Positions 38,245-48,318 of a stretch of 64,000 nt of DNA are shown piece after piece. The position numbers and the translations under genes were made by a program. The stretch comes from Candidatus Lustribacter sp. (GTDB taxonomy: Bacteria; Vulcanimicrobiota; Vulcanimicrobiia; Vulcanimicrobiales; Vulcanimicrobiaceae): assembly GCA_965277805.1 (NCBI GenBank), contig OZ255842.1:4768001-4832000 (forward strand). The letters are read 5' to 3'. Positions within the stretch are counted from its first letter, which is position 1. Each line of letters starts with the position of its first letter. The notes under the pieces are model-generated. The model was given only the letters and a program-made list of their open reading frames with translations. It was not told where the DNA came from and ran no database searches.

Positions 38245-39903
38245 ATGCTGCGCACTGGCGACCGGACGCAAGAGCGCCTCGCCCTGCTGGTTCGCGCGGG
38301 CGAGATGTTTCATCGTTCCCTCGAAGTCGAGGAAACGCTGGATAACGTCGCCCGGATGGCCGTCGAGTCGTTCTCCGACTTATGCTTGTTCGACTTGATC
38401 GACGAGCATTCAGACCGCCTCTACGTGACGGCCGGCGCCCACCGCGATCCCTCGATGGACGTGGTGCTCAAAAACGTCGGATCGTCGATTTTGTACGATA
38501 CGGAACTCGGCATCCATCCCGCCGTGCGGGTTTCGCAGTCGGGCAAGCCGTTCTTCGTTCCGGTGTTCGATGAGGCCGCGATCCATCAGCATGCAGCGTC
38601 GGGAAACCATGCCGCGTTCATGCGAAAAATGGGTTACCGGTCGAAGATCGTCGTCCCCGTCATCGCACAAGAACACATCTTCGGTGCGCTGAGCTTCGTG
38701 CGCACGGCCGACACCGTACCGTTCGACGAACAAGACGTCGATGCGGCGCAGGAACTCGGCCGGCGTGCCGGGCTGGCCGTCGCCAACGCGAAACAATTTC
38801 ATCGCGAACAGCACGTCGCCGCAACATTACAGCGTGCATTTCTGACGCAAGATTTTCCCGACCGCGAGAGGCTCGGTTTCCACGCCATCTACCGGCCGGG
38901 CAAAGGCGATGCCGAACTCGGCGGCGACTGGTACGACGCGTTCACCGTTGCCGACGGGTCCACGGTGATTACGATCGGCGACGTCACGGGTAAAGGCATC
39001 GAGGCCGCGCGCCTGATGGTGCAGTTACGGCAATCCGTGCGCGTGGGCGCATCGATCGACCCGGATCCCGGCGCCGTGTTACGGATCGTGAACGAGACGC
39101 TGCTGCTCGACCGCAGCCAAGCGATTGCGACGGCGTTTATCGGCTCGATCGCTCCCGGCGGCCGCACCGTGCGCTATGCCTCCGCCGGCCACCCGCCGGC
39201 ATTTTTGCGCCGCGACGACGGCACGCTGTTGCAGCTTTCCGGTTCCTCGCCGCCGGTGGGCATTCAAACCGGACTGACGTTCGATACAACGTCCCTGACG
39301 ATCGACGAACCCGCGACGCTGGTCTTGTACACGGACGGCGTAACCGAAGCGACGCGTGACGCGATCGCGGGCGAAGCCACGCTGCGCGCCGTCCTCGAGA
39401 GCAGTGCGTTCGGCGTTGCGGCCAATCCGGCGCGATTCGTCGAACGTGCCGTGGGCCGGAATCCATCGCAGGATGACGTCGCGATCATGACGGTTCGATT
39501 CGGAGATCGCCAGACGTTCTGCCAATGGGATTTTGCCGATCCCGCCGCGGCATACGCGATCAAAGGGAGCATCTTCGCGGCGCTCCGAGCGGTCGCGGAT
39601 TTTAGCGCCGAACAAGAACAAAATCTGCACGTGATCTTTAGCGAGCTCGTCGGCAATGCGGTGCGTCACGCACCCGGGGCCATGAGCCTTTCGATCTCGG
39701 CGCCGGGCGGGCGGCCGTGCTTGCACGTGATCGACGATGGGCCGGGATTCAGCCGGCGCCCGCAACTCCCGAACGACGTGTGGGCCGAGTCAGGGCGCGG
39801 ACTCTTTCTGATCTCGGCGCTGGCGGAAAAGCTGTCCATCGAACCGCTGGCAGGGTACGGTACGTACGTGAGCGTCGAATTGCGCTTTCAACCGCGTAGC
39901 TAA
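38245..39903 (+). CDS. GAF + SpoIIE/PP2C phosphatase + HATPase_c (anti-sigma kinase-like) protein
   Basis: GGDWYD, IGDVTGKG, SAGHPP, LYTDG, DDVA; ELVGNAVRH, DDGPG, ESGRGL. Confidence 0.92.
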   Translation: MLRTGDRTQERLALLVRAGEMFHRSLEVEETLDNVARMAVESFSDLCLFDLIDEHSDRLYVTAGAHRDPSMDVVLKNVGSSILYDTELGIHPAVRVSQSGKPFFVPVFDEAAIHQHAASGNHAAFMRKMGYRSKIVVPVIAQEHIFGALSFVRTADTVPFDEQDVDAAQELGRRAGLAVANAKQFHREQHVAATLQRAFLTQDFPDRERLGFHAIYRPGKGDAELGGDWYDAFTVADGSTVITIGDVTGKGIEAARLMVQLRQSVRVGASIDPDPGAVLRIVNETLLLDRSQAIATAFIGSIAPGGRTVRYASAGHPPAFLRRDDGTLLQLSGSSPPVGIQTGLTFDTTSLTIDEPATLVLYTDGVTEATRDAIAGEATLRAVLESSAFGVAANPARFVERAVGRNPSQDDVAIMTVRFGDRQTFCQWDFADPAAAYAIKGSIFAALRAVADFSAEQEQNLHVIFSELVGNAVRHAPGAMSLSISAPGGRPCLHVIDDGPGFSRRPQLPNDVWAESGRGLFLISALAEKLSIEPLAGYGTYVSVELRFQPRS

Positions 39904-39915
39904 AGGAGGCATATT

Positions 39916-40509
39916 TTGGATCGGGTGCTCCTCGTATGGTCGGACGTCGTTTGACCGTTTTGTTATCTCGGCTCGGTCTGGGTCGAAGAAGCGGCAAAGA
40001 AACTCGGCGTCACAACGCGGTGGCTGCCGTTCGAATTGCATCCTGAGGTGCCGCCCGAAGGCGCCGACAAGCCGTTTTCGGACGACGAGTGGCCAATGGT
40101 TCGCGCGCGGCTGATCGGTTTGGCGCAACGCGTCGGGCTGCCGATCGATCCGCCGCGGCGCAACGCCAATTCGCGGCTGGCGCTCGAGACGATGGAACTG
40201 GTGCGTTCGCGCGCCGGCGATGATGCGGCCGCCAGTTTCCATCACGCCGTTTCGCGCGCGTTCTTCGTCGAGGGCGCGAACGTTGCCGACATGGGCCTCA
40301 TCGCAGCCGAAGCGGCGGCATTCGGCATTGTGAAGGTCGACGTGGAGACGGCGTGGCAGCAGCATGACTTCGCCGGGGCCGTGGATGCGTCGATCGCGGC
40401 GTCGCGCGCGGCCGGCGTGCGGGGCGTGCCCGCCTACGGTTGGCCGGGGCAGCGCGCGATCAGCGGCATGATGGAGCCCGGCCAGATCATCGCAGCGCTG
40501 GGGGAATGA
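39916..40509 (+). CDS. DsbA/FrnE-family thiol-disulfide oxidoreductase, predicted selenoprotein (UPFC)
   Basis: AAGGAGG SD, TTG start, MDRVLLVWSDVV-TGA-PFCYLG...WLPFELHP in frame with track ORF 40036..40509; GVRGVP cis-Pro motif. Confidence 0.82.
39955..39994 (+). promoter_or_regulatory. bacterial SECIS-like hairpin
   Basis: Upper stem TCGGCTC/GGGTCGA with loop GGTCT (39975-39979); lower stem CCGTTTT/GAAGCGG; directly 3' of the TGA. Confidence 0.7.
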
Positions 40510-41531
40510 GGTGGGCGGCACTCGCGGTCGCTTCGGTGGGCGCCGGTTTTCTCGCGCAGGCCGGGCACGTTCCGGCAGCATGGCTGATCGGGCCGATGAT
40601 CGCCGCAATCGTTGCAGCAATCTCGGGATTCGGCCGAACGCTGCCGCGCTGGACGCTTGCCGCGCCGCAGGGCGTGATCGCGGTGACGATCGCACAGGTC
40701 TTCACGCTACCGGTGCTCGGTGAAGTCGCGCGCGACTGGCTGCCGATTCTCATCGTGGTCGTTGCAACGGTCGTCGCCGCCGGCACGGCGAGTTGGCTGC
40801 TCGCGCGCTACAGCCCGATCTCGGCGGCGACTGCCGCGTGGGGTTCATCGCCCGGCGCATCGGTGACGATGATCGCGCTCTCGGCCGAGTTCGGGGGCGA
40901 TCCGCGCGTGGTCGCGTTCATGCAGTATCTGCGCGTGACGCTGGTCGTGCTGTCGGCCTCGACGGTCGCGCATGTCGTGTTGGCGCATTCGCATGCGGTC
41001 GCCGCGCCGGCAGCGCCCGGGACGCAACCGTTCGCGCTCGTTCCGTTCGTTGCGACCTTCGCGTTTGCCGTCGCGGCTGCGTTCGCCGGGCGCATCTCGC
41101 GCGTTCCCGGTGCTCAGTTCATCTTTCCGCTGATCGCCGGCGGCGCGCTGCACGTCGCCGGGCTCTTGCCGATCGACGTGCCGTGGTGGCTGCTCGATGC
41201 GGCGTACCTCGCGGTGGGTTGGACGATCGGACTCGCGTACACGCGCGAGATCTTGCTGTTTGTCTGGAGCGTGCTGCCGACGCTGCTGCTCTCGACGCTG
41301 GTGTTGCTTGCAATGTGTGCGCTGGCGGGAGTGTTGCTGGTCGTGCTGGTGCACGTCGATCCGCTCACCGCGTATCTTGCGACGACGCCGGGCGGCCTCG
41401 ACTCGGTGTCGATCATCGCGCTCGGCAGCGGCAGCAACGTCGCGCTGATCCTCGCGATCCAAACGTTGCGGCTGTTCGCGGTCGTTGCCAGCGGCCCGCC
41501 CTTGGCAAAGCTGATCGGCCGCATCGCGTAA
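40506..41531 (+). CDS. AbrB family membrane protein (putative ammonia monooxygenase family)
   Basis: PAAWLIGPM, SPGAS, VAFMQYLR, TPGGLD; ATGA overlap with the upstream gene. Confidence 0.88.
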   Translation: MRWAALAVASVGAGFLAQAGHVPAAWLIGPMIAAIVAAISGFGRTLPRWTLAAPQGVIAVTIAQVFTLPVLGEVARDWLPILIVVVATVVAAGTASWLLARYSPISAATAAWGSSPGASVTMIALSAEFGGDPRVVAFMQYLRVTLVVLSASTVAHVVLAHSHAVAAPAAPGTQPFALVPFVATFAFAVAAAFAGRISRVPGAQFIFPLIAGGALHVAGLLPIDVPWWLLDAAYLAVGWTIGLAYTREILLFVWSVLPTLLLSTLVLLAMCALAGVLLVVLVHVDPLTAYLATTPGGLDSVSIIALGSGSNVALILAIQTLRLFAVVASGPPLAKLIGRIA

Positions 41532-41544
41532 CGAACCGCGAGGC

Positions 41545-42546
41545 ATGATCAACCGCCGCCGCGCAGTCGCTGCGCTCGCCGCACTTACCGCCGTGCCGTT
41601 TGCGCGCGCCGCATCGGCGGCCGACAAGATCACGATCTCGGTGCCGTCGACGAACGTGGACGATGCCGCGATCTTCGTTGCGTTGCAGAAGGGCTATTTC
41701 GCGGCCGCGGGACTCGACGCCGACCTCACCGTGATGGGCGGCGGCATCGCGACGCCCGGGCTGCTTTCGGGAAGCCTGCAAGCGAGTGCATCGCCGGCCG
41801 CGGCGCTGAGCGCGATCTTGCGCGGCGCCGACCTGCGCATCTTGCTCGTGTTCGGCACGAGCCCGCCCTACCAGTTGTGGGGCAACGATTCGATCCGGTC
41901 GCTCGCCGATTTGCCCGGCAAGACCGTCGGCATTCAGAGCCGCGGCGATACCTTCGAACTCGCCACGCGCATCGCGCTGCAGCAAGCCGGCGTCTCAGCC
42001 GATTCGGTCGGCTTCACGCCGCTGGGCGTCGGCGGAACGGTCGGCGGTGCCCTGACGAGCGGTGCGGTTCCGGCGATCTGCACCGCCGGCGTCGAAATCA
42101 ACGAATTGCGCGCGCACGGTCTGCTCAAGAACGCCCACCTCGTCATGAACTACTACGGCAAAATTCACATGCCGTTCAACGGTCTAGCGACCTCGCAGAA
42201 GCTCATCACCGAGAGCCCGCAAATCGTGCACGGCATCGTGACCGGAATCGTCAAAGCGGTGCGCTACGCGCGTGCGTTCAAGCCGCAGACTGTTGCGATG
42301 ACGGCGAAGTACGCAACCAACCCCAACCTGGTGGCGCTCGGCGAAGACTACGACGTGCTGATGGAGTACTTGACCCCATCGTTGACGGCGCGCCCCGACG
42401 TGCTGATCCCCGATCTTGCGGTGCGCGCGCAGTTGCTGAACATTCCGAAAGCGCAGATTCCGCCGATCGAAAAAGTCTACGACTTCACGATCGCGCAGGC
42501 GGTCGGGGCCGAACTCGATCGCGCTCGCTGGCGGCCGGTCGCGTAA
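41545..42546 (+). CDS. NitT/TauT-family ABC substrate-binding protein
   Basis: Tat-like NRRR signal, KGYFAAAGLD, SLADLPGKTVG. Confidence 0.85.
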   Translation: MINRRRAVAALAALTAVPFARAASAADKITISVPSTNVDDAAIFVALQKGYFAAAGLDADLTVMGGGIATPGLLSGSLQASASPAAALSAILRGADLRILLVFGTSPPYQLWGNDSIRSLADLPGKTVGIQSRGDTFELATRIALQQAGVSADSVGFTPLGVGGTVGGALTSGAVPAICTAGVEINELRAHGLLKNAHLVMNYYGKIHMPFNGLATSQKLITESPQIVHGIVTGIVKAVRYARAFKPQTVAMTAKYATNPNLVALGEDYDVLMEYLTPSLTARPDVLIPDLAVRAQLLNIPKAQIPPIEKVYDFTIAQAVGAELDRARWRPVA

Positions 42547-42571
42547 CGGGGCGTCCGCTGATCCCGCCTCA

Positions 42572-42591
42572 GGTTCGGCGCTGGCCGAACC
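42572..42591. promoter_or_regulatory. inverted repeat GGTTCGGC-N4-GCCGAACC (probable operator)
   Basis: Perfect 8-bp arms upstream of the MFS-ArsR pair. Confidence 0.5.
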
Positions 42592-42628
42592 GTCGTTTTG
42601 GCTCCGGTAAACGCGGTAGACTCGGGAG

Positions 42629-43979
42629 ATGAGCCTTCATCGATGGTGATTGCGGCCACAGCGCTCGGCTTCGTCCTCGTTCAGCTCGACGTGTCGATCG
42701 TGAACGTTGCGCTCCCCACGATGGGACGCGAGCTTCATTCCGGCGTCGCCGCTCTCCAGTGGGTTGTCGATGCGTACACCGTAACGTTCGCGGCGCTGCT
42801 GCTTTCGGGCGGAGCGTTGGGCGACCGGATCGGTGCGCGGCGTGCGTACGCCGGCGGTTTCGTCGTCTTCGTGTGCGCCTCGATCGCATGCGGTTTCGCA
42901 TCGACGGCCGATATGCTGATCGCCGCGCGCGTCGTGCAAGGCGCGGGCGCGGCGCTGCTCATTCCGTCTTCGCTGGCGCTGATCAATCACGCGTACGGGA
43001 ACGACGCGGGAGAGAGCGGGCCAAAGCGGTTGGTCTCTGGACTGCTGCCGGGAGCGTTGCGCTCGCAGCCGGACCGATCGCCGGCGGCGCACTGATCGAG
43101 AGCATCGGTTGGCGAAGCATTTTCTTCGTCAACGTGCCGCTGGGTGCAATCGGGCTGTGGCTTACCTGGCGCTGGGTCGCCGAGACGCCACCTGGAGAGC
43201 GCGCGTTTGATTTTCCGGGTCAAGTGCTTGCGGTCATCGCGCTCGGTCTCCTGATCGCAGACGTCATCGCCGCCGGCGCGACGGATTGGAACCCGCCGTT
43301 CGTTGTCCTGGGCCTTGCCGCAACGGTCGTTTTCGGCGCCGCGTTCATCTTTGCCGAAGCCCGTTCGCGCGCACCGATGCTGCCGCTCGATTTATTCCGG
43401 CGGGCCGGATTCAGCGCACCGGCGATCGTGGGCTTTGCGATCAACCTGACGTTGTATGGACAATTGTTCGTGCTGAGGCTTTTTTGGCAGCGCACGCAAG
43501 GCTACGGTCCGTTGCAGACGGGTCTAGCATTTCTGCCGTTCTGCGTAAGCCTGGGCTTCGCGAACGTCATCACCGGCCGGCTCGTTGCGAAGCACGGACC
43601 GCGATGGCCGATGATTGCGGGCTTGACGATTGCGATCGCCGGCTATCTGCTGCTATTGCCGATCGATGCGCACGTACCGTATGCAATGCTCTTGCCCGGC
43701 ACGATCGTGCTCCCGTTCGGAATCGGTCTGGCCGTGCCGGCAATGACGAGTGCGCTGCTCGCTGCGGTTGAAAAAGAGCGGTCCGGGATCGCTTCCGGTG
43801 TGCTGAACGCGGTGCGGCAAGCGGCCGGCGCGCTCGGCGTCGCCGTTCTCGGAGCAATTGCCGTCCACGGGGTACTCGGCGTTCGCATCGGACTGCTTCT
43901 TTCGGCTGCCCTCATCGCGCTTGCACTCCTCGTCGCGATCTTCGGACTGCGTGCGTCCGCGAAGGGAGCGTCGTCATAG
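42629..43979 (+). pseudogene. DHA2 (EmrB/QacA) MFS efflux transporter, frameshifted
   Basis: LDVSIVNVALP and LGDRIG in one frame, ERAKAVGLW...GWRSIFFVNVP in another; switch at GAGAGAG 43010-43016; may be a sequencing error. Confidence 0.8.
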
Positions 43980-44665
43980 CGAACGAGGGGCCGCGCATCG
44001 ATCAGGTTGCGCGGCTCGTCGGCGATCCATCGCGGGCAAGGATGCTCGACGTCCTCATGGACGGCCGCGCTTGGACGGGCCGCGAACTCGCGCGCGCCGC
44101 TCACGTCACGGCGTCGACCGCAAGCGAGCATTTGCAGCGTCTCGTGAACGGCGACTTGCTGTCCGTCGTTGCGCAGGGCCGGTTCCGCTACTACCGGCTG
44201 GCGTCGCCGGACGTCGCGTATGCGCTCGAAGCGCTGATGGTGCTGGCGCCGCGGGAAGCAACTGCAGCGCCGAAGCGCGCGGCCTTCGATCCGCTGTTGC
44301 GGCGCGGCCGCACGTGCTACGACCACTTAGCCGGCGAACTCGGCGTGGCGCTTGCGGAGGCGCTCGTCCGCCGCGGGGCCGTCGTATTCGGCTCGGACGG
44401 CGGCACGCTCACGCCTGAGGGCGTCGAGCTTTTCGAGCGGCTCGAGATTGCGATCGAGCCCGGCAATGCTCGCCGTCCGCTCTGCCGTCCGTGCATGGAT
44501 TGGAGCGAGCGGCGGTTGCATCTGGCCGGACGGGCCGGCACCGCGCTCGCGCGGCACGCGCTCGAACGCGGCTGGATCCGACGGCAAAAGGGCACCCGCG
44601 CCGTTCTCGTCACCGATGCCGGCGCCGCGGCCTTAGACGATCTCTTTGACGTGCGGCTCTCGTAA
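43976..44665 (+). CDS. ArsR-family regulator with C-terminal CYDHLAG/CxDWSER domain
   Basis: VGDPSRARML, STASEHL, RTCYDHLAG, CMDWSERRLHLAG; homology extends 5' of ATG 44042 to an ATA. Confidence 0.85.
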   Translation: MANEGPRIDQVARLVGDPSRARMLDVLMDGRAWTGRELARAAHVTASTASEHLQRLVNGDLLSVVAQGRFRYYRLASPDVAYALEALMVLAPREATAAPKRAAFDPLLRRGRTCYDHLAGELGVALAEALVRRGAVVFGSDGGTLTPEGVELFERLEIAIEPGNARRPLCRPCMDWSERRLHLAGRAGTALARHALERGWIRRQKGTRAVLVTDAGAAALDDLFDVRLS

Positions 44666-44708
44666 GCGCCAGGACTCCCTTCGTGCTTCCCGCATAAATT
44701 TCGGAGAG

Positions 44709-45641
44709 ATGGCTGAAGTCGTAGCGATTGGTGCGCTCTCGCACAGCCCGCTTCTGAACGGCGCGACGGCAGACGGCGTAACGCCGCCTGCGGGCGTCGC
44801 CGAATTTCGCGCCGCCGCACGGGCGCTTGGCGATCGCATCAAGGCGGCAAAGCCCGACGCGCTGCTGCTGATCGGCCCCGACCACTTCCGCTCACTGTTC
44901 TACGTGAATATGCCGGCGTTCTGCCTCGGCGTCGGTCGCGTAACCGGCTGGGGCGACTGGGAGACGCGCACGGGCGAGCTTCCGAGCCGGCCGGCGATCG
45001 CGCGCGCACTGCACCGCGCGCTACTCGAAGCCGACTTCGATCTTTCCGCTTCCTACGATCTGCCGATCGACCACGGCCTCACGCAACCGCTCGACCTGTG
45101 CGCGCTGCCGGCGGATCTGCCGATCGTGCCGTTGATCGTCAATGCGAATGCGCCGCCGCGGCCGTCGCTGCGCCGCTGTTTCGCGCTCGGCATTGCGTTG
45201 CGCAACGCGATCGGCGCGTTACCGCAGGCCGTGCGCGTGGCTGTCATTGCATCCGGCGGGCTTTCGCACACGCCGCCGGCCGGCGACATCGAAGCCGGCA
45301 GTGCGGAAACGGTGGAGCGGCTCATTCACGGTGCGGCGCGGGTGCACGACGACGAGGCTGCGCGCGAAGCACAGATTCTCGCCGCCGTACCGGTTCTCGC
45401 TACCGGCATCAATGCCGGCTGGGATCGCAAGCTGCTCGCGCGTTTGGAAGCGGGCGACGGTGCCGCTGTTGCGTTAGAGCTCACCGATGCCGCGATCGAC
45501 GCGGAAGGCGGCAACGGCGGCCACGAGGTCCGTTCGTGGATCATCGCTGCCGGCATCGCGGGTGAGTTGCCGTTTCACACGTTGTCGTACGCGCCGATTC
45601 CCGAACTGATCACGGGCATGTCGGTGGGAGCGTTCGGCTGA
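44709..45641 (+). CDS. extradiol ring-cleavage dioxygenase, LigB/MhpB family
   Basis: LSHSP, PDHF, IDHG, SGGLSH, GNGGHEVRSW. Confidence 0.88.
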   Translation: MAEVVAIGALSHSPLLNGATADGVTPPAGVAEFRAAARALGDRIKAAKPDALLLIGPDHFRSLFYVNMPAFCLGVGRVTGWGDWETRTGELPSRPAIARALHRALLEADFDLSASYDLPIDHGLTQPLDLCALPADLPIVPLIVNANAPPRPSLRRCFALGIALRNAIGALPQAVRVAVIASGGLSHTPPAGDIEAGSAETVERLIHGAARVHDDEAAREAQILAAVPVLATGINAGWDRKLLARLEAGDGAAVALELTDAAIDAEGGNGGHEVRSWIIAAGIAGELPFHTLSYAPIPELITGMSVGAFG

Positions 45642-46988
45642 ATGGATGCAGCCGAACTCGCCGGCCTCGTCGACGTTCGTAGCGGCACCGTCGATCCGCG
45701 CATCTACTTCGATCAAGACATCTACGACCTCGAACTCGAACGCGTCTTCGGGCGCTCGTGGCTCCTCCTCGGGCACGAATCCCAGATCCCGAAGCCGGGG
45801 GATTACGTCAGCACCTACATGGCGGAAGATCCGGTGCTGGTCGTGCGCCAGCCGGATCGCACGGTGCGCGCGTTCCTCAACGTCTGCCGTCATCGCGGCA
45901 TGCGCCTGTGCCCCTACGACCTCGGTAATGCAAAGGGATTCAGTTGTTCGTATCACGGTTGGTCGTACGATACGGCCGGCAAGTTGATCGGCGTGCCGCA
46001 CGCGCAGGACGGATACGGCGGCGAACTCGACCTTTCGCAGTGGCCGGCGCGCAGCGTCGAAAAACTCGAGATCTATCGCGGCTTGATCTTCGGCACCTGG
46101 AACGCCGATGCGCCCGACCTGCGCACCTATCTCGGACCGCTGGCGTGGTGGCTCGACGGCATGCTCGACCGATCACCGGCCGGATCGAAATTGATTCCGG
46201 GCGTCTCGAAGTGGACCGTGCCGTGCAATTGGAAGCTGCCGGCCGAACAGTTCACCAGCGACTTCTATCATTTCCCAATCACGCACTCGTCCGCGATCGC
46301 GGCGATGCGCCGTCCGACGGATCCGCCGATCGAGCGCGCGTTCAACAAGACGCCCGGATATCAAGTCACGAGCTCCTACGGACATGGCTTCGGTTCGTTC
46401 TGGTTCACCGAACCCGAACGCCGAGCATGGACGGAAGATGCGGCGTGGCGTCATCAGGTTGAGGAGTTTCCGGCCGTCAAGGAACGGCTCGGCACGCTGC
46501 ACGCGGCGCGCACGAGCGGTCATGGTGAGGTGTTTCCGAACTTTGCCACGCTGGCCGGACCCGGCCTATTGCGCATCTGGCATCCGCGCGGACCGAACTT
46601 GACCGACGTGTGGTCGTACTTGGTCGTGGAAGCCGATGCGCCCGACGACGTGGTCGAGGCCGTTCGCGTCGGCGGTGCGCGCAGCTTCGGGCCGAGCGGT
46701 TTGCTCGAACAAGACGATTCCGAGAACTGGATTCAGATCCAGCGCAATCTGCGCGGCTACGTCACCCGGCAAACGCCGTTCAACATGCAGATGGGTTTGC
46801 ACGGCACGCCGATCGAGACCGACGAAATTCCGGGCGTCGTGCGGCACGTGTTCTGCGAGAGCGCGGCGCGCGGAATGTACGAACGCTGGCACGAGCTGCT
46901 GCGCACGCCGACCGCGGTCGAAGCCGAGCGGCTACGCGTTGCGCGCGCGCCCGAGCGCGACCGCGCGTTCGTACCGGTGGTGCGATGA
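45642..46988 (+). CDS. aromatic ring-hydroxylating dioxygenase alpha subunit (HcaE/BphA-like)
   Basis: CRHRG...[21 protein letters not shown]...TH; EQDD. Confidence 0.93.
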   Translation: MDAAELAGLVDVRSGTVDPRIYFDQDIYDLELERVFGRSWLLLGHESQIPKPGDYVSTYMAEDPVLVVRQPDRTVRAFLNVCRHRGMRLCPYDLGNAKGFSCSYHGWSYDTAGKLIGVPHAQDGYGGELDLSQWPARSVEKLEIYRGLIFGTWNADAPDLRTYLGPLAWWLDGMLDRSPAGSKLIPGVSKWTVPCNWKLPAEQFTSDFYHFPITHSSAIAAMRRPTDPPIERAFNKTPGYQVTSSYGHGFGSFWFTEPERRAWTEDAAWRHQVEEFPAVKERLGTLHAARTSGHGEVFPNFATLAGPGLLRIWHPRGPNLTDVWSYLVVEADAPDDVVEAVRVGGARSFGPSGLLEQDDSENWIQIQRNLRGYVTRQTPFNMQMGLHGTPIETDEIPGVVRHVFCESAARGMYERWHELLRTPTAVEAERLRVARAPERDRAFVPVVR

Positions 46989-47503
46989 GCGTTACCGATG
47001 AGATGGTGCGCTATTTCAGCGTTCAGAACTTCCTCTTCGACGAGGCCGCGCTGCTCGACGAGCGGCGCTTCGATGAATGGCTCGAGCTCTGCGCCCCCGA
47101 GATCCGCTATTGGATGCCGGCCCAGACGAACCGCGATCGCCGCGAGCGCGATCTCACCGTTGGAGGACCCCAAGATCTACCGATGTTCGAAGAAACGTGG
47201 GAGCATCTCCATCAACGCGTGCGACGGCTGGCGACGGGCCACGCCTGGGCCGAAGAGCCGCCGTCGCGCACGCGCCGCTTCGTCGCCAACCTGCGCGTTG
47301 CCGAACGCGGCGAAGGTGCCGTGCGCGCATCCAGCAGTCTGCTGCTTTACCGCACGCGACACGACGCCGACGTACAGTTCTTCGTCGCTTCCCGCCAAGA
47401 CGATCTGCGCCCGCATGAAACGCACCGCTGGCAAATCGTCGCTCGTACGATCGTGCTCGACGCGACGACGGTTCCGGGCCACAACTTGAGCGTGTTCTTC
47501 TGA
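46985..47503 (+). CDS. aromatic ring-hydroxylating dioxygenase beta subunit
   Basis: [31 protein letters not shown]. Confidence 0.93.
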   Translation: MSVTDEMVRYFSVQNFLFDEAALLDERRFDEWLELCAPEIRYWMPAQTNRDRRERDLTVGGPQDLPMFEETWEHLHQRVRRLATGHAWAEEPPSRTRRFVANLRVAERGEGAVRASSSLLLYRTRHDADVQFFVASRQDDLRPHETHRWQIVARTIVLDATTVPGHNLSVFF

Positions 47504-48318
47504 TGAGCGGTCGTTTTGACGGTCGCGTCGTCTATCTCACCGGCGGCGGCTCGGGTCTCGGCCGCGCGCTGGTCGAACGCTTCATCGCTGAAGGCGCGAC
47601 GCTGACCGTGCTCGATCGCTCGGCGGAAAAGAATCGCGAGTTGCGTGAAGCATTCGGCGAGGCGGTCGTCACCACCACCGCCGATGTCCGCGACCCGAAG
47701 GCGCACGTGGCCGCGGTCGAAGCGGGCCTAGCCGCGTACGGCCGGCTGGACGTCTATATCGCGAACGCGGCGATCTGGGACGGAAACGTCTCGCTGCTGG
47801 ACCTGCCGCCCGAACGCATCGACGCGGCTTTTGAAGAAGTGTTCGGTGTCAACGTCAAAGGCGCGCTGCTCGGCGCAAAAGCCGCTGCGCCCGCGCTTGT
47901 CGAGAGTCGCGGAGCGATGATCTTCACGCTCTCGATTGCGGCGTTGCGGGCGGGCGGCGGCGGGCCGTTGTACACGAGTTCCAAAACGGCCGGGATCGGG
48001 CTCGTACGCGAGCTGGCGTTCGAACTCGCGCCGTTCGTGCGCGTCAACGGCGTTTGCCCCGGCGCGATGGCGACGGACTTGCGCGGCCCGGAATCGCTCG
48101 CGCTCGGCGACAAACCGCTGATGGCGAATATCGATCCGGACGTGATTCGCAGCGCCTACCCGCTCGACTTTTTTCCGCAGCCCGGCGACTACGTCGGGGC
48201 GTATCTGTTTCTTGCCTCGTCGGATTCATCGGTTACGACGGGTACGCTGATTGAAGCAGATCTCGGGATGAGCGCGCGCGGCATTCGCAAAATCGCCGGC
48301 CGCGCGGGTCAAGACTAA
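47503..48318 (+). CDS. cis-dihydrodiol dehydrogenase (HcaB/BphB-like SDR)
   Basis: TGGGSGLG, NAAIWD, GGPLYTSSK, ELAPFVRVNGV. Confidence 0.9.
   Translation: MSGRFDGRVVYLTGGGSGLGRALVERFIAEGATLTVLDRSAEKNRELREAFGEAVVTTTADVRDPKAHVAAVEAGLAAYGRLDVYIANAAIWDGNVSLLDLPPERIDAAFEEVFGVNVKGALLGAKAAAPALVESRGAMIFTLSIAALRAGGGGPLYTSSKTAGIGLVRELAFELAPFVRVNGVCPGAMATDLRGPESLALGDKPLMANIDPDVIRSAYPLDFFPQPGDYVGAYLFLASSDSSVTTGTLIEADLGMSARGIRKIAGRAGQD

Noticed and set aside
39952-39954. Reading the TGA as a simple nonsense mutation
   Set aside because: Position at the catalytic Cys, the intact SD and the SECIS-like hairpin favour Sec, though this is unproven without sel genes
40506-41531. Ammonia oxidation capacity from the 'ammonia monooxygenase' family label
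   Set aside because: AbrB-family membrane proteins are unrelated to AmoCAB; no amo operon is present
37226-43016. Programmed ribosomal frameshifting at the SBP and MFS breaks
   Set aside because: No canonical slippery heptamer, and I know of no precedent in these families
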